NCBI GenBank assembly: GCA_964509365.1 | Contig: CAZDWN010000003.1 | Location: 6,855-70,854, forward strand | Direction: 5' to 3' | Length of the DNA stretch: 64,000 nt | Origin: an uncultured Pseudomonadales bacterium | GTDB taxonomy: Bacteria > Patescibacteriota > Microgenomatia > UBA1400 > UBA12028 | In this document: one piece after another, positions 58,088 to 64,000 of the stretch | Layout: each line of letters opens with the position of its first letter | How positions within the stretch are numbered: the first letter of the stretch is position 1 | Translations under genes and position numbers: made by a program | Notes under the pieces: model-generated | What the model was told of the DNA's origin: nothing | Databases searched by the model: none | Seen by the model: the letters and a program-made list of their open reading frames with translations, nothing else

Positions 58088-60163
58088 CTACTGAGTCAAA
58101 GTAACCTTCACATCGGCGACATAAGCAGTATCAGCAGTGAGCATCAGCGGATTGATTTCGAGTTCGATGATTTCGGGATGTTCATTCATGAGATATTGGA
58201 AGCGCTCGATACAGAGTAATACTTGCTCGCGTTGCGTTGCAGAAAGCAACGTCGATAGTTTCGTTCGCTTGAGTGTCGCGCGAATCTCTTTCCCGCTCGC
58301 AGGCAAAAAGATATACGAGCGATCAGCGAGAATATTTGTCAAACTCCCACCGGTGCCGACCGCCAGGAATGTCCCGTAACTCGGATCTTTTCGACATCCG
58401 ATGATGACTTCGATCGCATCTTCAATAACTTCTTGAAACAAAACTTTCGGCCCAAACTTTACTAATTTCTCGTAGGCCGACTTCGCATCTTCTTTTGAAT
58501 TGATGTCTCCAATCACCGCGCCAAGCACTGCCTTATGCTTGAGTCCGAGATTTGCAGTCTTTGCGATTAATGGATACACCCGACTTGCATCCAATTCATC
58601 GAGCTCATCGAGTTTTGAGGGGTCACTGACGATCGCAGCATGAGGAAGTGTCAGTCCATATGCTTCCAGTAGCAGATACACTTCTTCCAAGTTTGTCGAA
58701 CGCAGTGCCATGCTTCGACGCGTTTGCTGTGATGGAGCTGCTGGTCCCAGGTTTTTCGCAAGTTCATTCATCAACACTTGTGATCGATCGACGAGCATCG
58801 CTTTGCGAGCATTGCTCACATACTCATAGATCTCGACAGCTTCATTTGAATATTCCACTGCGCAAATTCCAGCTTCGCGCAGCTTTACTAGTTCATGGCG
58901 ATACAACTCTCCGGTCATGAGTGCCACGATGAGTGGTGTTCGCAACTTAGAATGCGTTGCAATGAGCATTCTGACGATGCCGGGAATATCTGTCACTGCC
59001 TGTGGAGTGAGAATCAGCAAAATAGAATCGATCAGCGGATCTTCATTTGCAAAAATCAATGACGATTCGATGTCAGTCTCATTTGCGTCTCCCAAAATAT
59101 CTGTCGGATTACTTGGGCGCACGCGAGGTAGCGCAGCCGCGAATCGCTGAATTGATGCTGGACTCCACGTGGCCAATCGAATGCTTGCCTTGTCTGCAAG
59201 ATCAATTGAATTTACGCCTGGACCTCCAGCATTGGTGAGAATCATGAGGCTGCTCGGTAGGGCAGCAGTAGAAGCATCGTTTGCAGATAAGAGTCGATCA
59301 AGAAAAAAAGACGTCTCAAAAAACTGTTCGATCGTATCGACCATGGTGTACCCATATTGATATTGGGCTTCTCGAAGAAGGGTCGAGTCAGTTGCGAGAG
59401 CGGCAGTGTGTGAAAGTGACGCTTGCTGCCCATGGTCAGTGACGCCACCTTTGAGCAACAGAATTGGTTTACTTTTACTAATTTTTTTGCAAAGTGCAAA
59501 AAATTGCTTCGGATTTGCAGCAGGGAGGGATTCTAGGTACAGCGCAATCACTTTTGTGTGTGGATCATCTTGCGCATATTCGAGTGCTTCTGTAGCGCCA
59601 ACGCCAGCACTATTTCCTAAGGAGAGTGCAAATGAGCAGCCGACTTTCCGATGAGCAAACTGCGAGAAGACAGTCGTGAGCATCGCTCCAGACTGACTGA
59701 TGAGTCCAATCGTCCCTTTGGAAATATCGGCGGGAGCAAAGCTCGCATTCATTTTTGAATGAGGATTGATGGCTCCGAGTGTATTCGGTCCGAGAAGCAG
59801 AATATTGTTTGCTCGCAGTTTTTCAGCGATACTGGCCTGAAGCTCTTTGCCTGCTTTTCCATTTTCAGCGAAGCCTGCCGTGATGACGATGACCGCTTTG
59901 ACTTTTTTGTCGATGCATTGGTTGATGACGTCTTCGACCGAGGCAGCGGGAGTGCAGATTACCACGAGGTCCACAGGTGCAGGAATACTCAAAAGATCAG
60001 GAAAACAACTTTTCCCCAAGATCTTTTTATGTTTTGGATTGATAGGGAAGACGTCGCCAGGGAATGACAAGAGATTTGCGAAGACTTGGTGTCCGACTTT
60101 GAGTGCCTCCAACGACACACCAACCACCGCTATGGATTTAGGATCAAGCAACGCATCAATCAT
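58088..60163 (-). CDS. Acetyl-CoA synthetase (ADP-forming), fused alpha/beta (ACD family)
   Basis: N-terminal CoA-binding domain (IAVVGVS), succinyl-CoA-synthetase-like ligase domain, C-terminal ATP-grasp; 691 aa. Confidence 0.8.
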   Translation of the reverse strand: MIDALLDPKSIAVVGVSLEALKVGHQVFANLLSFPGDVFPINPKHKKILGKSCFPDLLSIPAPVDLVVICTPAASVEDVINQCIDKKVKAVIVITAGFAENGKAGKELQASIAEKLRANNILLLGPNTLGAINPHSKMNASFAPADISKGTIGLISQSGAMLTTVFSQFAHRKVGCSFALSLGNSAGVGATEALEYAQDDPHTKVIALYLESLPAANPKQFFALCKKISKSKPILLLKGGVTDHGQQASLSHTAALATDSTLLREAQYQYGYTMVDTIEQFFETSFFLDRLLSANDASTAALPSSLMILTNAGGPGVNSIDLADKASIRLATWSPASIQRFAAALPRVRPSNPTDILGDANETDIESSLIFANEDPLIDSILLILTPQAVTDIPGIVRMLIATHSKLRTPLIVALMTGELYRHELVKLREAGICAVEYSNEAVEIYEYVSNARKAMLVDRSQVLMNELAKNLGPAAPSQQTRRSMALRSTNLEEVYLLLEAYGLTLPHAAIVSDPSKLDELDELDASRVYPLIAKTANLGLKHKAVLGAVIGDINSKEDAKSAYEKLVKFGPKVLFQEVIEDAIEVIIGCRKDPSYGTFLAVGTGGSLTNILADRSYIFLPASGKEIRATLKRTKLSTLLSATQREQVLLCIERFQYLMNEHPEIIELEINPLMLTADTAYVADVKVTLTQ

Positions 60164-60195
60164 CTCTTAAGAATAGCAGAATTCAATGTGGCTCG

Positions 60196-60489
60196 CTAAT
60201 CAAATCTCTTATTAGTCACACTGGCGATGCCTTGCTTTCGTCGATCATATGCGGCTTGAAGGTAACTTTTAGCCAATTCCAAAGTTGGCTTTTTCTCTCC
60301 CTTCGCTCGTACATAGTCATTAAAATCCTGATCATCAGCTTCGTTAAACGTGAAATCAGGAATTTGTCCCACACCACTTTTCAATTCTCGTTCTGCTTCG
60401 ATGAGAAGCTTTCGAGCATTTACACTTAGGCTTTCAATTTTCCCGGATGGCTCTTTTGTATCTTGTCCAAACCAATTTCCAAGTCCCAT
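60196..60489 (-). CDS. Hypothetical small acidic protein
   Basis: 97-aa ORF immediately downstream of a small GNAT gene. Confidence 0.35.
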   Translation of the reverse strand: MGLGNWFGQDTKEPSGKIESLSVNARKLLIEAERELKSGVGQIPDFTFNEADDQDFNDYVRAKGEKKPTLELAKSYLQAAYDRRKQGIASVTNKRFD

Positions 60490-60546
60490 ATGACCTCCTA
60501 TTTCTTCAATAGAATACGAAATAAAATAACAGCTGCTGTCGAAAGT

Positions 60547-60921
60547 CTACGCGCGTGCTACTTCTCTTGACCATTGATATACTTTTTTTTCAAGAGAAAA
60601 TCCATTTTTTGGATAGAATTCTTTCTGAAGTGCCTCAAGTGATGGGTTTGCAGTGATGGAATTTATTTCAGGAAGCTCTTGCAGATATCGTAAAAGTTTT
60701 GAACCCAATCCATGACCCTGCTGATCTGCATTCACATTTATTGAGTTGATTGTGAACTCTCCATTGACTAACTTGCCAACTACCGATGCTTTTCGACCGC
60801 CATCTGGAACGTTCTCATCTCTGGGAATAGCAACGAGTAAAGATGAGCCATTTCTAACTACGTAGAATCCGTTTTCGTAGGACGCGTTCTCGTCTACAAA
60901 TTGTTGAATACCTTCACTCAT
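60547..60921 (-). CDS. Small GNAT family acetyltransferase
   Basis: QQGHGLGSKLLRYL motif A; 124 aa. Confidence 0.5.
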   Translation of the reverse strand: MSEGIQQFVDENASYENGFYVVRNGSSLLVAIPRDENVPDGGRKASVVGKLVNGEFTINSINVNADQQGHGLGSKLLRYLQELPEINSITANPSLEALQKEFYPKNGFSLEKKVYQWSREVARA

Positions 60922-60926
60922 AGCAG

Positions 60927-62558
60927 TTAAATTAATACTCTGCCGGTCATACTATCAGGTTTGGGAACGTTCATCAACTTAAGTATCGTTGGTGCGATAT
61001 CAGCGAGAATCCCAGAGGGAAGCATCACCGCTTTGTTTTGAAATTGATTTCCGATGATAAGTAATGGCACCGGATACGTCGAGTGCTCGGTATCGAGCTC
61101 TCCCGTCTCATTGTTGATCATCTCTTCAGCATTTCCATGGTCAGCAGTGATTAAGACGACGCCACCTCGCAGGATGACTGCCTGGACTATCTTCCCCACG
61201 CACTCATCAATAATTTCACAGGCTTTGATCCCTGCAGTCAGATTGCCTGTGTGACCGACCATATCTGCATTTGCCAAGTTCACACACATAAAGTCATAGA
61301 TATCACCAGAGAGTTTTTCAAGTAAAGTGCTTGTGATCTCTCGTGCACTCATCTCAGGAGCTAGATCATAGGTTGCAACTTTTTTGCTCGGAATAAACAC
61401 ATGATCTTCTCCGGGAAACGCATCTTCTCGCAACCCATTGAAGTAATAACTCACGAAGCGCTCTTTTTCTGTCTCTGACATTCGCAATTGTTTTAAGTTG
61501 CGCTCAGCGAGGACCCGACCGAGTGGCATCTCAACGATTTGTGGAGGAAACGCGATGTTCGTCGGTAGCCCACGCTCATACTCAGTCATCGTCACAAAGA
61601 ATAAATTTTTGAGCACACGCTGGCGATCAAAAGTTTGCGTCGCTGCAGGCTGCGCCTGGATATGCGTATGACTGTATTTGACGGTATACGGGTCAAAGCC
61701 TTCAGAGGAGATACCACTCTCAAAATTTGGGAGGACAAAGGCTTTGGTGAGCTCACGAGGTCGATCAATGCGGAAGTTGTAAAAAATGATGGCATCATTA
61801 TCTTTGATGACGATCGGAGCCCCATCTGCACCGACGACAGAAATCGGTTTAATAAATTCGTCGGTCTCACCAGCATTGTATCGCTCTTGGACTGTCGAGA
61901 TCGGATCACCGGTCTTTGCTTCACTGCCGACCGTCAGGGCATCGTAGGCAAGTTGGATTCGGTCCCAGCGCTTATCACGATCCATCGCATAGTATCGACC
62001 CATGACGGTCGCAATTTGCCCGAGTCCAATAGACTTGCAATGATCTTGGATTTGCTGAATAAAGGACATTGCTGATGTCGGAGGAGAGTCTCGGCCATCT
62101 GTAAATAAGTGGAGATAGACATTTGAAGTCAATCCGTTCGCTTTGGCTGCAAGTAATAAAGCGTACAAATGCTCGATGTTGCTATGCACCCCGCCGGATC
62201 CGACGAGTCCCATCAGATGGAGTGCCGACGAGTTGCGCTTCATATGTTCAAATGCTTGAGTGAACACCGGATTCGCCCCAAATGTCCCATCAGCGATGCT
62301 CATGTTGATGCGAGGAAGATCTTGATACACGATGCGACCAGCACCCATATTGAGGTGCCCCGTCTCCGTATTCCCATCTTCACCACGTGGGAGTCCCACG
62401 CCTTCGCCAGAAGCAGTGAGTTGTGTGTGTGGATACGCCACACTATATTTTTTCATGTTTGGAGTGTTTGCACGTGTGATCGCATTGCCTGCGTTTGCAG
62501 GACCGATACCCCATCCATCTAATATGAGAAGCACGACAGGTTTTGGAATTGAATTCAT
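60927..62558 (-). CDS. gpmI: 2,3-bisphosphoglycerate-independent phosphoglycerate mutase
   Basis: VLLILDGWGIGP N-terminus, metal-binding DHGNAE and HT motifs. Confidence 0.9.
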   Translation of the reverse strand: MNSIPKPVVLLILDGWGIGPANAGNAITRANTPNMKKYSVAYPHTQLTASGEGVGLPRGEDGNTETGHLNMGAGRIVYQDLPRINMSIADGTFGANPVFTQAFEHMKRNSSALHLMGLVGSGGVHSNIEHLYALLLAAKANGLTSNVYLHLFTDGRDSPPTSAMSFIQQIQDHCKSIGLGQIATVMGRYYAMDRDKRWDRIQLAYDALTVGSEAKTGDPISTVQERYNAGETDEFIKPISVVGADGAPIVIKDNDAIIFYNFRIDRPRELTKAFVLPNFESGISSEGFDPYTVKYSHTHIQAQPAATQTFDRQRVLKNLFFVTMTEYERGLPTNIAFPPQIVEMPLGRVLAERNLKQLRMSETEKERFVSYYFNGLREDAFPGEDHVFIPSKKVATYDLAPEMSAREITSTLLEKLSGDIYDFMCVNLANADMVGHTGNLTAGIKACEIIDECVGKIVQAVILRGGVVLITADHGNAEEMINNETGELDTEHSTYPVPLLIIGNQFQNKAVMLPSGILADIAPTILKLMNVPKPDSMTGRVLI

Positions 62559-63808
62559 TTGAGTATCTCTGCTTCTATCTCCAGTAGCCGATTGTATTTT
62601 GAGACGCGCTCACCGCGAATCGGAGCGCCAAACTTTACATATTCGCAACCCATGCCGACTGCAAAGTCAGCGATGAAATCATCATTGGTCTCACCACTGC
62701 GGTGCGAGGCAATCACTTGCATCTTTGCGTCTTTGGCTATTTTAATCACTTCGACAGTCTCGCTCACGGTTCCGATTTGATTTGGTTTCACCATGACCGA
62801 GGTACAAGCCTTGGAACTAATGGCTTTTTGCAGTCGTTCTTTGTTTGTAGTGATCAGATCATCTGCGACGATGACGACACGATCAGAGAGCTCTGCAGTG
62901 ATCTCGCTCCATGATGCCCAGTCATCTTCATGAAATGGATCTTCGATCGAAAAGATGTGATATTTCGCATTGAGCTCTTTGTAATATTCAAGAAGTTCTT
63001 TGGCGGTGAATGGCTCTTGGCGATCGCGGATCGAGTATTTGCCGTTCTTGAAGAAATAACTCGCAGCCACATCAAGTCCCAAAAAGAGATCTTGTCCAAA
63101 TAAGTATGGAGTGCGTTTCATCGCCTCCAACAAAAGTTCGAGCGCATCAAGATTAGTAAACAGATTTGGAGCAAAACCACCTTCGACACCGACACTGTGA
63201 ATCGCATTTTTTGAGATCAACACTTGCTCGAGAGCCATGAAAAACTCGACTCCGAGTTGGAGCGATTGTGAAAATGGTTTGTTCGTCGTCGGGATGACAT
63301 GAAATTCTTGAAAATCTAAGTTTCCTGCACCATGAGCTCCGCCATTGATGAGGTTAAAGATCGGAGACGGAATGTGAAGCTGTGTGGTTAGGTTGTATTT
63401 TTCCTTGAGATATTTATACAGTGGCATGCCGACACTGACCGCTCCGGCTTTGCAAATCGCCATTGAGACTCCTAGGATGGCATTGCTACCAAGCTTACTT
63501 TTATTTGGGGTGCCATCAAGATTGTACAAAATCTGATCAGCCGCAGTCTGGCGGAGCGGATCTTGACCAATTAATAACGGCTTGATGACGTCGTTGACGG
63601 TTGCGACCGCTTTTTTCACACCTTTGCCGGCCATGCGCGTCTGATCTCCATCACGGATCTCGACTGCTTCATGTTTTCCTGTACCTGTGCCACCAGGAAC
63701 ACTCGCACTGACATTGTGTCCAGTGTCGAGATCAATCCGAACTTCCACGGTAGGAAACCCACGTGAATCTAAAATCTCTCTCGCTTTGATATCTACAATT
63801 TTTGCCAT
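62555..63808 (-). CDS. eno: Enolase
   Basis: MAKIVDIKAREILDSRGFPTVEV N-terminus, SHRSGETED-like active site (SHRSGETND). Confidence 0.95.
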   Translation of the reverse strand: MAKIVDIKAREILDSRGFPTVEVRIDLDTGHNVSASVPGGTGTGKHEAVEIRDGDQTRMAGKGVKKAVATVNDVIKPLLIGQDPLRQTAADQILYNLDGTPNKSKLGSNAILGVSMAICKAGAVSVGMPLYKYLKEKYNLTTQLHIPSPIFNLINGGAHGAGNLDFQEFHVIPTTNKPFSQSLQLGVEFFMALEQVLISKNAIHSVGVEGGFAPNLFTNLDALELLLEAMKRTPYLFGQDLFLGLDVAASYFFKNGKYSIRDRQEPFTAKELLEYYKELNAKYHIFSIEDPFHEDDWASWSEITAELSDRVVIVADDLITTNKERLQKAISSKACTSVMVKPNQIGTVSETVEVIKIAKDAKMQVIASHRSGETNDDFIADFAVGMGCEYVKFGAPIRGERVSKYNRLLEIEAEILK

Positions 63809-63825
63809 ATATAGTGTTTATTTCG

Positions 63826-64000
63826 TCGTCAACCGTGCGTACGATTTTGCATTCGTCAGCCACTCTACAGCAGGCGCGGATTGGATGATATCCAGCATAG
63901 CATGGCTCGGTACATTTGTACTCTCTACAATCAGTGGGAGTCCTAGATCACTCGTTGTTTGGACGACTTTTCGCAATAGGTCAAACAATGCTTCGCTCTC
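63826..64000 (-). CDS. C-terminal end of an unidentified CDS (5' end outside the window)
   Basis: Open frame on the minus strand ending ...WLTNAKSYARLTTK* at 63826. Confidence 0.35.

Noticed and set aside
1-64000. CRISPR arrays, rRNA genes, transposases, integrases and prophage genes
   Set aside because: Looked for spaced direct repeats, rRNA-like conserved blocks and recombinase motifs; none found. The only tandem array is the 11-mer x7 at 24487-24563, which lacks spacers.

Overview
The window looks like a streamlined, mostly housekeeping bacterial chromosome segment at roughly 45-50% GC. The gene content is a candidate Patescibacteria/CPR-like signature: an archaeal-type HxGH nucleotidyltransferase, a Firmicute-like type-B RNase P RNA, and a fermentative 2-oxoacid:ferredoxin oxidoreductase plus ADP-forming acetyl-CoA synthetase next to gpmI-eno.

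Core genes present:
- Aminoacyl-tRNA synthetases: metG, aspS, gltX.
- DNA repair and SOS: uvrA, uvrB, lexA, recJ, mutS, mutL, rmuC.
- tRNA processing and modification: cca, miaB-miaA.
- Cell envelope: rmlB/rmlD, LCP, FemAB-like, dacA-like, RlpA-like.
- Transport: a MacAB-like efflux trio, MFS, AI-2E, MscS, DedA.
- RNA genes: four tRNAs (His-GTG, Arg-TCT, Gly-TCC, Gln-CTG) and RNase P RNA.

The most interesting region is a putative accessory island at about 24.3-30.3 kb, immediately 3' of tRNA-Gln. It contains an 11-mer x7 tandem repeat, an AT-richer AlbA_2/HATPase_c_4 (Schlafen-like) gene, a tight GNAT-NUDIX-unknown operon, a two-gene operon of Pro/Thr-linker surface proteins, and a GIY-YIG nuclease. 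No integrase is visible.

Other second-look items:
- A 389-nt intergenic region upstream of aspS with back-to-back promoters and opposite-strand intrinsic terminators, which could be a divergent small-RNA pair or a leader.
- Tandem double-domain GH130/DUF377 genes.
- An ATP-grasp-like orphan ligase.
- A TRAM-less MiaB.
- A fused archaeal-type PPAT-like gene at the window edge.

All calls rest on motif recognition by eye; no database searches were run.
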